Origin: Felis catus
Taxonomy: Eukaryota
DNA: 64,000 bases
NCBI RefSeq assembly: GCF_018350175.1
Contig: NC_058384.1
Location: 65,472,001 to 65,536,000 of the forward strand
Reading direction: 5' to 3'
Under the pieces are notes generated by a model. That model worked only from the letters and a program-made list of their open reading frames with translations, did no database searches and was not told the DNA's origin. Shown here piece after piece: positions 37,891-49,441 of this stretch (positions are counted from its first letter, which is position 1; each line of letters begins with the position of its first letter). A program made the position numbers and the translations under genes.

Positions 37891-39004
37891 AAGGCCCTAC
37901 ACGATCTCAAAAGAACTTATCTTTCAAATTCCTTTGTGTTCTCAATATTTCTCTTTGGCTCATTTTCGATCCAGGTTTCTGAATTGCTGGGGAATAGTAC
38001 CCAGTACACTTGATGAGATTCCTTGAACTACTTTTAGAGATCTCTTCATACTCCATGCAATTTCAAGGGACCCAAATTGTGCTGGAACGTCACATTTTGG
38101 CTCTCACCTTCTAATTCCTTGATGGTCTTTGTCAGACTATAAACAATCCATGCAGGGAGACTTAGCTAGCTCAGAAACACTCTCTGCTTCTTTTTAATAT
38201 CTCTGGTGGACTGACATTTAGAAGCGTGATGGAAAGGTTTCAAGAACAGGTTTCTGAAGAGAGAACTCCCTGTTCACAGACTGGGCCCTCTTTGTTCTTC
38301 CAGAACCCTCTAAAGCTCAGTTTCTGGAATTTCTCTTCCCTCTGTGCTGGCCAGTTTCCACTAGCTTTATCTCTTCCACTGCTGGGAATAGGTTCCTACC
38401 ATAGCTTCACGTTGAAATATTTCCCTAAAAACCTCACCCTTTCTCTAACTACACTCAGAATTCCTCTGTGGTCTGATAAAGGAACCGAATACCGAAAACT
38501 GGGGGTTTTCCAGAAAATGCAGAATACAACTTGACAATAACTGTGTAGACAGGAAAATAACTAAAAGTCTTGATCGTCTAATCTACAGCCAAGAAACATT
38601 AGAGAATGTATCCGGTATGTGATTCAAAATGATTTTGGGAATTCGTATAAAAAGTGATTATTAGTAGTCCCCCTAATATCTTACTTTGCTTTAGTTAGCA
38701 TAGCTTATAAAGATGACCTTATGCAATCTTACTTATTTTTATTTGTCTCCTTCATTGGAATATAAGCTCCATGAAAATGGAGTGTTTTCTTCACTACTGA
38801 ATTCAACAAGCCTACAGTTGTGTTTGGCACATAGTAGATACTAAATGGACATGTTTCATTAACCCAAGAATGATAGGGATAAATCATCTACCTAAAGCAT
38901 TTCTTCCTTTGAATCTTATTTGAACCAAGAGATCTAACTCTTTATATTTCATCTAGGGACTGAGCTGTGTCTTTCTACCCAAAACACTTAAGGCTGTTGA
39001 GACC

Positions 39005-39955
39005 ATGGTAAGAAATAACCGAACTTCGACAGTGACGGAGTTTCTCTTCTCTGGATTCCCCCAGTTTGAAGACGGCAGCCTCCTCTTCTTCATTCCTTTG
39101 TTCATCATCTACATCTTCATTGTGATTGGAAATCTCATTGTATTTTTTGCAGTCAGGATGGACACCCGTCTCCACAACCCCATGTACAATTTCATCAGCA
39201 TCTTCTCCTTCCTGGAGATCTGGTACACAACAGCCACCATCCCCAAGATGCTCTCCAACCTCATCTGCGAGAAGAAGACCATCTCCATTACTGGCTGCCT
39301 CCTGCAGATGTACTTCTTCCATTCACTGGGAAATTCCGAGGGGATTTTGTTGACCACCATGGCCATTGACAGGTACATTGCCATCTGCAACCCTCTCCGC
39401 TACCCGACCATTATGACCCCCCAGCTGTGTGCTCAGCTCTCTGCAGGCTCCTGCCTCTTTGGCTTTCTTGTGTTGCTCCCAGAGATTGTTTGGATTTCCA
39501 CCCTGCCTTTCTGCGGGCCCAACCAAATCCATCAGATATTTTGTGACTTTGAACCTGTACTGCGCTTGGCTTGTACAGACACGTCCATGATCCTGCTTGA
39601 GGATGTGATCCATGCTGCGGCCATCATCTTCTCTGTCCTGGTTATCGCTGTCTCTTATGTCAGAATCATCACTGTGACCCTGAGGATCCCGTCTGCCGAA
39701 GGCCGCCGGAAGGCCTTCTCGACCTGTGCGTCTCATCTTGGTGTCTTTCTGATGTTCTATGGCAGCGTGTCCCTCATGTACCTGCGCTTCTCTGCCACTT
39801 TCCCACCAACTTTGGACACAGTCACTGCACTGATGTTTGCCGTTCTTGCTCCCTTTTTCAACCCTATCATCTATAGTTTGAGAAACAAGGACATGAAGAT
39901 TGCGATTAAGAAGCTTCTCTGCCTTCAGAAGGTGTTTAATGCACCTGCAAGATGA
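39005..39955 (+). CDS. Intact OR6K-family olfactory receptor (OR6K3/OR6K4-like), 316 aa
   Basis: NRT sequon, [43 protein letters not shown]; accATGg; acceptor 'ctctttatatttcatctag' ending at 38956. Position matches the recalled human OR6K4P/OR6K5P slot. Confidence 0.92.
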   Translation: MVRNNRTSTVTEFLFSGFPQFEDGSLLFFIPLFIIYIFIVIGNLIVFFAVRMDTRLHNPMYNFISIFSFLEIWYTTATIPKMLSNLICEKKTISITGCLLQMYFFHSLGNSEGILLTTMAIDRYIAICNPLRYPTIMTPQLCAQLSAGSCLFGFLVLLPEIVWISTLPFCGPNQIHQIFCDFEPVLRLACTDTSMILLEDVIHAAAIIFSVLVIAVSYVRIITVTLRIPSAEGRRKAFSTCASHLGVFLMFYGSVSLMYLRFSATFPPTLDTVTALMFAVLAPFFNPIIYSLRNKDMKIAIKKLLCLQKVFNAPAR

Positions 39956-40910
39956 TGTTACCTCATAGGCACCTCTCACTTTGGATGTTACTCTAAGATA
40001 CTAAACCACAAAACTAGCATGTAACTCATTCGTTGTCACACTGATAGTTTATATTTATTCCATTTCTTCCCATGTTTGTTCTATTTATACATGTCTAATG
40101 TATCACAGACTACCTGTTCAGACATGCGTAGGTGGATAGATAATAGGGAGGAAATATGATGTTTAAGCCATTAAAATATATGCTGTAAACATTAATTTTA
40201 TTTCTATTATGTAAGTATTATTCTTATTATTCCATAAGCATTAGTAACAACTGCAGATTATAAGATACAGTGGTTAAGAGCATAAGATCTATAGAAGAGA
40301 GGCTCACATTTTACTGGACTACATACAAGCTTTGTGACCTTAAACATGAAGTAGGTCTGAGAGGTGTTGGATACATCTGTTGCCTTGACTGTGGTGCTTA
40401 TATGTGGTGTTTGCATATGTTCACACTCATCTATTGCACATGTTAAATATTTTCTTTGTATACAAAGTATACCTCAATAAAGTTGTTAAAAATAAAATAG
40501 ACCATTTCATGCCACGGTAAACCATTAGAAAGGACATTTTTTCCAATTAACATTTTTTCCAGATCTTCTCATGTGATTTTTTTCTTTAGTTTGCATATAG
40601 TTGACCCATAATGCTACATTAGTCCCAGGTGTACAACATAGTGATTCAACACCTCTATACTGTACGTCATGCTCCCCACGACTGTAGTCACCATCTGTCA
40701 TCATGCAGTGCTATGTTCCCTATGCTGGACCTTTTATTCCAATGGCTTATTATTATTTTGGAATTTCAAGAAAAAATATTGTAAGAAGTTAGACAAGGAA
40801 ACTACATCCCTATGTCACAGGAAGAAATGTTAGACAAAACTCAAGAGAGAAAGAAAGCACATCTTCCCATCCAAAATTTGACACATAATTCCAAAGGGGA
40901 TTACATGATA

Positions 40911-41124
40911 NNNNNNNNNNNNNNNNNNNNNNNNNNNNNNNNNNNNNNNNNNNNNNNNNNNNNNNNNNNNNNNNNNNNNNNNNNNNNNNNNNNNNNNNNN
41001 NNNNNNNNNNNNNNNNNNNNNNNNNNNNNNNNNNNNNNNNNNNNNNNNNNNNNNNNNNNNNNNNNNNNNNNNNNNNNNNNNNNNNNNNNNNNNNNNNNNN
41101 NNNNNNNNNNNNNNNNNNNNNNNN
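40911..41124. other. Assembly gap (others at 5761-5916, 7021-7247, 7430-7582, 31985-32163)
   Basis: Runs of N. Confidence 1.
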
Positions 41125-41584
41125 ACTCTGAGTTTTCAACAGAGCAGTGGATTGAGCACTTGGAATACAGAATAATCCTGTGAAAAGTGGTGAGACACTA
41201 ACTGTAACTAGAGAGGTCAGCAGGACCCACATGGATTGTTTAGGGGAAGAGAGATTCACATGCATTTGTGGCATGAGAAAAAAAAAATGACATTTCCCCC
41301 TCACTTCACTATTGGCACAAAATCCCAATGACATGTCTGTTGTGAAATGGTCTTATTTTCTATTAACTATTTTTCAAGTTTTTCTTTCAGGTATGTTTCC
41401 TTCAAGACTTTCCACACGTGTGTGTTCATGTAAGAAGAGGAGGACCAACACAAAGTGCTCTTTGCAGGGCACCGGGTAGACTTACGAACACCTGGGGCGA
41501 TAACCACAGTGGTGGAGAAAGTAGTTTGCCATGTCCGGAGATATGAGTACAATCAGGAAAAAATACTTCATGACGACTTTGATC

Positions 41585-41830
41585 CCGAAATCTAATGAGA
41601 CGAGCGTACAATGGGGACGTTTCTGCTAGTTAACCCCGTGAGGGAAAGTGATGTTCTGCACTGGGGGACAGGGAGGGAATCCCCAATGGAGCCCGCTTAC
41701 CCTTCTTGCTATTCCCTGGGGTGCCTGTGAAAATAACTGTAAGATCCCTTTTGGAGGGGCCAGAGGAGTGTCAAGGATGCAGAGATCCACACAGACAGGG
41801 GAGCCCCTGTAGTCTTGGGTAGAGGTGAGT
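41585..41830 (+). promoter_or_regulatory. Candidate promoter and non-coding first exon of the OR6K3 pseudogene
   Basis: atctaatgaga (41590-41600), tagttaaccccgtgagggaa (41627-41646), O/E-like ttccctgggg, donor AG|GTGAGT at 41825; colinear with 49.2-49.44 kb. Confidence 0.6.
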
Positions 41831-41884
41831 GCAGGAGGCTAAGGCTTGAGAAAGAATTCACTCACCATGCACAAGAAAGTCATA

Positions 41885-42067
41885 GGCATTCCTGGGTGGA
41901 TCAGTGGGTTAAGTGTCTAACTCTTGATTTCATCTCAGATCATGATCTCATGGTTCGTGTGTCCAAGCCCCGTATCGGGCTCTTTGTTAACAGAGCGGAG
42001 CCTTCTTGGGATTCTCTCTCCCTCTCTCTCTCTCTAAATAAATAAATAAACAAACATTAAAAAAAAA
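41885..42067 (+). mobile_element. Older CanSINE
   Basis: 'ggcattcctgggtggatcagtgggttaag...gattctctctc', A tail. Confidence 0.85.
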
Positions 42068-42234
42068 GCCTGAGGACTCAGAAACTTCAAATGTTGGTAG
42101 TGCATAAAGGCAAGTATAGCGGGAAACTTACTGGGCACAGGCATAAATAAAACAGGATACTCCATTATGATGCCATCCTTTGAGAGGTCAGTTTTTCCAG
42201 ACTTGCTTAGGACTCTCATTAAAAGTGAATTGTC

Positions 42235-42412
42235 GGGAAAAAAAAAGTTAGAGGGGGAGGGAGCCAAACCATAAGAGAGTCTTAAAAGCTGAGAACAAAC
42301 TGAGGTTGATGGGGGGTGGGAGGGAGGGCAAGGTGGGTGATGGGCATTGAGGAGGTCACCTGTTGGGATGAGCACTGGGTGTTGTATGGAAACCAATTTG
42401 ACAATAAACTTC

Positions 42413-42448
<36 letters not shown>
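42235..42448 (+). mobile_element. Feline L1 3' end with (TA)n(TG)n tail
   Basis: Same 3' sequence as 27017-27215; TSD gtgaattgtc at 42225-42234 and 42449-42458. Confidence 0.9.
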
Positions 42449-42451
<3 letters not shown>

Positions 42452-42653
42452 AATTGTCATACTTCCCTTTCCAAACAGTTTCCAAATTTCTTTTCTCACT
42501 TGTCCATGGCTGTCTTGTGGGTTTAATTCTAATTGCATCAAGAGTATGGCTTCCAAGTTAATTTATTTGACACCAACCATTTTTTTTTTACATGCCAACC
42601 CTGTTCTAGGTTACTGCCCTGAAGGAAGAGCCCAGTCTAAAGAAGGAAAAACA

Positions 42654-42885
42654 GGGGCACCTGAGTGGCTCAGTTGGTTAAGAGTCCAACCCTTGGTTTG
42701 GGCTCAGGTCATGATCTCAAGGTCATGAGATTGAGCCCTGAGTTGGGCTCGGCGTTGACAGTGTGAACCCTGTTCAGGATTCTCTTTCTCTCTCTCTCTA
42801 TCTCTGTCTCTCTCTCCAACTCCCTCCCCACTCACTCTTGCTCTCTATCTCCCAAAATAAACGAATAAACATTTAAAAAAATAAG
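42654..42885 (+). mobile_element. CanSINE
   Basis: 'ggggcacctgagtggctcag', CT-rich body, A tail. Confidence 0.88.
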
Positions 42886-43339
42886 GAAGGAAAAGCTAGT
42901 AGTTGATGATGAAACATGATAAATATAATCCAGAAACCCCAGGGTAACAGTGCCCAATATTCTGGAGTGTTGACTATCTTCCTGACGCTACTCTAAGCCC
43001 TGAAAGTGTGTTTACACATATTGGCAGGGGCAGTGGGTTCGAGCGCTTCCTTAGAGATACGGTGCACGGATTTACATTCTGACTTCAGGCGAGCATCCCG
43101 CGGAAAAGGGTTTCACCTGTCTGTGCCTGAGTGTTCTCCTCTGTAAAATGAGCACGATCTTGCCTCCCTAGAGCATCTGGAGCATTAGGGAAAAAAATAC
43201 AGCCTGTGCTTGGGGCGGTGCTTGCCACAGTGACTGACTCCATACCCAGCACACTATGCAATGCGGTTCTTGCTACTGTAAAGTGTTTGGCCATTCTCAA
43301 AGCCTTCCGTGCTAGTATTAATATTTTCTCCCGTCCGCC

Positions 43340-43745
43340 TCCGGCTTCGGCTCGGGTCATGATCTCACTCACGGTTTCATGGGTCTGAGCCCCCCATCGG
43401 GCTCTTCCCTGACAGCGTGGAGCCTGCTTTAGATTCTCCCTTTCTCTCTGCCCGCCCCTGCTCCCACTCTCTGCATCTTTCTCAAAGATAAATAATAAAT
43501 TGGGGCACCTGGGTGGCGCAGTCGGTTAAGCGTCCGACTTCAGCCAGGTCATGATCTCGCGCTCCGTGAGTTCGAGCCCCGCGTCAGGCTCTGGGCTGAC
43601 GGCTCAGAGCCTGGAGCCTGTTTCCGATTCTGTGTCTCCCTCTCTCTCTGCCCCTCGCTCGTTCATGCTCTGTCTCTCTCTGTCCCAAAAATAAATTAAA
43701 AAAATGTTGAAAAAAAATTAAAAGATAAATAATAAATAAAACACT
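43340..43745 (+). mobile_element. 5'-truncated CanSINE with a young SINEC_Fc (43502-43720) inserted in its tail
   Basis: TSD aaagataaataataaat at 43484-43500 and 43721-43737. Confidence 0.9.
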
Positions 43746-43977
43746 TAAAAACATTTGGGGACTGCTGTTTCTGTGGTTGTGCCTCTGAAGGAGCAGGGAG
43801 AAAAAGCCAAATACTAGTCAGTGTGCACAAGAGTGTGAAATTAGAAAAGAATAAAACTTGCAAGTTATTTCCTGTTATTCATCCAAGTTACTTAGCTGTT
43901 CACCACCCGTTCTTCTCCGCCTCCTTGTGAGCTGGTGTGTGCCCTCTCCTTCATTCGCAGGGAGCTCTGCTGTGCAT

Positions 43978-44923
43978 ATGGGAAGGGGAAACCTGTCAGC
44001 CGTGACTGAATTCATCTTCACTGGCTTCCCGCAGCTCCAAGATGGCGGCCTCCTGTACTTCTTCCCCCTACTTTTCGTCTACACTTTTATTGTCATCAGG
44101 AACCTGATGGTCTTCTTTGCTGCCCGGCTGGACACCCGTCCTCACAACCCCATGTACAATTTCATCAGCATCTTCTCCTTCCTGGAGATCTGGTACACGA
44201 CAGCCACCATCCCCAAGATGCTCTCCAACCTCATCTGCGAGAAGAAGACCATCTCCATTACTGGCTGCCTCCTGCAGATGTACTTCTTCCATTCGCTGGG
44301 AAATCCCGAGGGGATGCTGTTGACCACCATGGCCATTGACATGTACATTGCCATCTGCAACCCTCTCCGCTACCCGACCATTATGACCCCCAGCTGTGTG
44401 CTCAGCTCTCTGCAGGCTCCTGCATCTTGGGTCTCCTCATCCTGCTTCCTGAGATTGTGATGATTTCCACACCGCTTCTCCGTGGGCCCAACCAAATCTG
44501 TCAAATCTTCTGTGACTTGGTCCTCACGCTGAGCCTGGCCTGTACAGACACGTCCACGATTCTGGTTGGAGATGTGATCCATGCTGTGGCCATCATCGTT
44601 ACCGTCCTAATCATTGCCCTGTTCTCTATCAGGATGGTCACTGTGGTCCTGAGGATCCCCTCTGCTGAGGGCGGGCAAAAGGCCTTTTCTACCTGTGCAG
44701 GCCATCTCGCTGTGTCCCTGATTTTCTTAGGCCACGTGTCCCTCATGTATTCACGATTCAATGCCACCTACCTCCCAGTCCTGGACACCACAACTGCACT
44801 GATGTTTATTATCTTTGCCCCCTTCTTCAATCCCATCATCTATAGTCTGAGAAACAAGGACATGAAGAACACGATTAGAACACTGTTCACCTTCAGAAAA
44901 CGTTCGACACGTTTGGAGGTTAA
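43978..44923 (+). pseudogene. OR6K3: OR6K3-like olfactory receptor pseudogene
   Basis: 946 nt = 948 minus two 1-bp deletions (C-run 44387-44391; about 44888). Motif losses GN>RN, LHNPMY>PHNPMY, DRY>DMY, FCGPN>LRGPN. OR6K3-type residues PEIVMIST, CDLV, CAGHL and a repaired end ...GG-TAA. Acceptor CAG at 43958-43960. Confidence 0.88.
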
Positions 44924-45292
44924 TTCTGAGCCACAAATCTCCTCCCCCCATCTTACTGTTTTCTGTAACAGATTTAAAAAAAAAATGAAACCACTCTATA
45001 CATAGTTCTTTGTCACACTGAACTTTCTGTCTGTTCTCCTCATTATTTTCCCTGATATCTAGAAAAACACATTTATACTCTAGGTCATAGCTATTAACAC
45101 TGATGTATATACGGTCAAGAACCTTATTATGGGGTTGATTTGCTTGCTTTCTTCTGAACGGTTGTAATTAAAGGAAAGCTCGCTCATCACTCCAGAAGCT
45201 GGCCGTGTGCTTCAGGCAATAGATCTTGGGAAAGTTCTCTATTTCATTATGGATCATGGATTACCTGATTAGGTTTGTTGGGAGTAGATATC

Positions 45293-45511
45293 TTTTTTTT
45301 TAAGTTTTTGAAATTAATTTATGTATTTTGAGAGAGAAAGAGAGCACAAGCAGGGGGGAGGCACAGAGAGAGAGAGATACTGTATCCCAAGCACTCCCTG
45401 CACTGTTAGCACGGAGCTTGATATGGAGCTCAAACTCACGAATGGCGAGATCATGACCTGAGCCAAAACCAAGAGTCAGATGCTTAACTGAGTGAGCCAT
45501 CCGGGAGCCCC
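45293..45511 (-). mobile_element. CanSINE
   Basis: Reverse SINE flanked by ag(t/c)agatatctt. Confidence 0.88.
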
Positions 45512-46332
45512 GGGAAGCAGATATCTTAAAATAATAATAATAATAATAATAATACTTAAGGAAGTCAAGTATACTTTCATTTTTAGTTGTGCAATTAGTT
45601 CTTCATTAGAATAATAAGGGTATACATTTAGTAAGACTAAATGATTCCTGTTGCCAGACATGTTCATAAGAAACCTACCATGTAGGATACTGTTGACACA
45701 TATACACTTCAGTACACACAGATACACACAGAGAGGAACGTTAGCTATTGCTGGTCTTCCCGGGACTAAGCATCTTCATTTTCTTCAACACAAAAGTCTT
45801 CTTTGCATCTATGGAATGGCCACTTCAAATAACATGATTCATTTGACTTTCTAACCGAACAGCTCTAAAGAAACTTTTCCTCTCCTTGCCATATCCAGTG
45901 CTGTTGCCTGAAGTTTCTATCATAATTCATGCACAGCTCTTATAATTATCTTCATAAAACACACGTACAAAAATTTTGGTATAAAAATAGCAATTTTATC
46001 CTGTGTACTGAAATTTCCTTCCCCAACAGTCCAATAAAACAGCCCAAACCACGTGGATATTAATTTCTTTAGAGACCCAAAAGGCGCACAAAACACGAAA
46101 CAACCCCACCTAGCTTACATCACAAGCATCCTTCCAGAGGGGGGGAAAGAAAAAACCTCTGTAAGTCCTGAAAAACAAAGAAAGGTGAAGTCAATAGACA
46201 AAATGTAAATAATCTCTTAAAGTCATAGTATATACGACACAAAATTTAAGGGAATTCAGTACAGGCAAGAGAAGGCCCTATCTGGGAAATATTTTGCAGG
46301 AATCTTTTTTGATAAAAGTGTTGGAAATTCCA

Positions 46333-46551
46333 GGGGCGCCTGGGTGGCTCAGTTGGCTAAGCGTCCAGCTTCAGCTCAGGTCATGATCTCGTGGTTTATG
46401 AGTTCAAGCCCCACGTCAGGCTCTGTGCTGACAGCTCAGGAGCCTGGAGCCTGCTTCGGAATCTGTGTCTCCCTCTCTCTCTGCCCCTCCCCTGCTCACG
46501 TTCTGTCTCTCTCTGTCTCTCAAAAAATAAACATTAAAAAAATTTTTTTTC
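46333..46551 (+). mobile_element. SINEC_Fc
   Basis: TSD aagtgttg(g/a)aaattcca at 46316-46332 and 46552-46568. Confidence 0.92.
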
Positions 46552-47697
46552 AAGTGTTGAAAATTCCAAACAGAAGTGGGATTTTGATAGATATGCATTG
46601 GGATGGGGGCTCATGAATGGGTATCTGGAATGTTTCTGTTTATCAAGTGGGGACTTTACCTCTTCAACTCCTGGGTTTCCCTTGGTGGATGGCACGTGAA
46701 GTGAAGTTGGGACATCTTTGCCTCAAAAGTCCGAGTTTAGGATTCCACAACCAACAGAGAAGAGGCACGTTAGTGGCTGTGTGTCATCCACTTGGTTCGA
46801 GTCCCATCAAGGAAACCAGTTAAATTAAAGGGCCGCTGACAAAAGCAGCTGGAAATGGAGAGGGGGCCTGGGATGCAGTCACATACACACTTCAGTCCCA
46901 CTCGGCCTCCGCAGCCAAACCCCGTGATTTTGAACTTGGGCCACGCTAATCGTAAATAACGAACAAACAAAAGCAGATAAGGAGGCAAGAAATTATCCAA
47001 CAACACCTGTTCTCGACTTAGGATTGCACTTCACGGCTTCACCGTAGCCTGGCCAGAAAATTTGTATTCCTGTTCCGTGGGCAGCCAGAATTCAAACGGT
47101 CATATCCGCATTCCTGAGTTTGCAGGAGCAGGCATTGGAAAGACAAATGCACCACGAGGGCAGGAGGATCCACAGAAGTGGAGGACGTGTGACGCATCCC
47201 AGTGGCACCCCCACATACAAACGCTTGCTATTGTCAATTAGGTATCGGATAACTTTCCATCCTGAAGGAAAACAAATAAAAAGGTTTAAAAATGCTTCTG
47301 CCAATCTAAAAGTGTACTTATTCCTCCAAGTGTCACAAAGGGCTTCATATACCCAACTGTTTATATTTTTCATGTGGTACATTTGAAAAAGAGCAGGGAG
47401 AAGAATTTTATTTTTTTATTTTTTTATTTGTTTGCTTCAGAAAGCAACAAATCAGAGAATCAGAGAATAAAGAGGCTGTGCAAGTATGTTTCTCCACGTT
47501 GCTACCACTGGTGCCTGTTTGCCAACTGGACGTTCACTTGGGTTGCAGTGGGGCAACTCTTGACAATTCAAGTCCACGGTGAAGGCTGGTCTGTTAGGTT
47601 TAAAAAGGGGGCACTATGGTCATTCAACTATTTCCATTTCTAGATTTCCTAACACCTGGATAAGGACAAATACAGACAAATTAAACATTTCTTTTCT

Positions 47698-47727
47698 CTT
47701 TATTTAAAAGTTTTATTTATTTATTCT

Positions 47728-47792
<65 letters not shown>

Positions 47793-47950
47793 CATGAGAG
47801 GAGATAGGGAGAGAGAGAGAGAATCCCAAGCAGGCTCTGTGCTATTAGCACAGAGACCAACGCGGGGCTCAAACTCACAAACTGTGAGATCATGACCTGA
47901 GCTGAAACCGAGAGTAGGACTCTTAACCAACTGAGCCACCCAGGCACCCC
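47698..47950 (-). mobile_element. CanSINE with expanded (GA)n
   Basis: Reverse SINE flanked by aacatttctttt. Confidence 0.9.
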
Positions 47951-48797
47951 AACATTTCTTTTTCTTAAAGTAAAGTAAGTCACTTTCCGTTCTTGTTAAT
48001 TTATGCATTTTCTCATAGAAATAATTTTATTTCTAGAAACAGATGAACCACAGATTATATCTGTAAAGCAAACTTGCCAAATGTTGCTGATACTAAAAAT
48101 CAGGTTAGTTTTCATGGGGGGGGGGAATAGACAATCTAGATAAAATTGCATATTCAAGGGAGCATATAAATATTTCTTAGCGATAAGATTTTGGTACTAC
48201 ACTCGAGAGAAACATGAAGGGAAAAAAATCTTCCCTGATAATTTTCAGTGGTTAAAAATAAACATATCTTACACAGTCGTCGTTAATATGAATTTATTTT
48301 TATAAAGTATTCTAAGTCACCAAATTCCATGATTAGAGATGAGAAGTCCTTCTTCCTAACATTGTGCATTCTTGAGCCAGGCTCCGTAACCACATTCACA
48401 CGAGAGACGTGACCCCATCGCTTTGCTACCGTATCAGGAAACTTCTAAGATATTTTCCGTAAGAATGGTGAATAGAAAACGAATTAATATACGTGTTGTT
48501 GTATTTGGCAATGTTTGCAACACACTGTGAACGAAGTGGTATACAAGACCAATCTTTCATATATTTGTGGGGAAAAATAGAAAATTAAAGAATTCATCAG
48601 AATCCATAGGAATAATTTGAAGGAGAGCCCCGTATATGTTGCTGGAAGGAAAAAGGTGGGGGGGGGGGGTCCATCGTCTTCTTTAGTACTGGCTCACTTT
48701 TCCAAACGACATGTTTTCCCAGAAATTGTTTTCTTTTTTCTTCGCTACTTTATCCATGATACTTAACGTGCCAGTAAATCACCTTCAATGCTGTTCC

Positions 48798-49017
48798 TTT
48801 TTTAATTTTTTTAAAATGTTTTTATTTATTTTTGAGAGGGAGAGAGATGGAGCATGAGCAGGGAGGAGCAGAGAGAGAGGAAGACACAGAACCCAAAGCA
48901 GGCTCCAGGCTCTGAGCTGTCAGCACAGAGCCTGATGTGGGGCTCGAACTCGTGACCCACAAGATCATGACGTGAGCCAAATTTGGATAGCTTAACTGGC
49001 TGAGCCACCCAGGCACT
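48798..49017 (-). mobile_element. CanSINE
   Basis: Reverse SINE ending 'gagccacccaggcac'. Confidence 0.9.
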
Positions 49018-49179
49018 CTAACACTGTTCTATTTCTTGTGTGTTTTTGTGAGGGTAGAGTCCTATCAAAGCTGTTCTTTGTATGGAACCCTCTCAATTCC
49101 ATACTGAGATGGGAACTGACTGGTTAAATCATGACCAGTAACAAGAAAATGGTGGTAACAATGGTCACCAGGATCTGTG

Positions 49180-49441
49180 AGTCTTCCTTGGGACACTGCT
49201 TCTCCTCTGACCTGAAGATCTAATGAGAAGACAGGGCAGGGATGTCTGATAATTGACCCCATGAGGGAACAGATTGCTTTCTACTTATTACCGAGGGATA
49301 AAACCTCAGTGGAGTTCATTTTCCCTTTGGTGTCTTTGGTAGGATGGCTATAACAACACTTCCAGAGACAGTGAAAGAACATTCGGCAATGCAGAGACCC
49401 AGGGAAAAGGAAGAGCCCTCTGGTATTTTGCAGAGGTGAGT
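49180..49441 (+). promoter_or_regulatory. Candidate promoter and non-coding first exon of the OR at 51085
   Basis: O/E-like tccttggga, TAATGA (49221-49226), TAATTGACCCCATGAGGGAA (49250-49269), gacccagggaa, consensus donor AG|GTGAGT at 49436. Confidence 0.62.

Noticed and set aside
39323-39979. Long antisense or alternate-frame ORFs over the ORs (also 14212-14748, 13918-14430, 61925-62359)
   Set aside because: Shadow ORFs expected from OR codon usage; no independent coding signal.
43858-43977. N-terminal extension of the 200-aa ORF
   Set aside because: TTG start upstream of the acceptor; the OR begins at ATG 43978.
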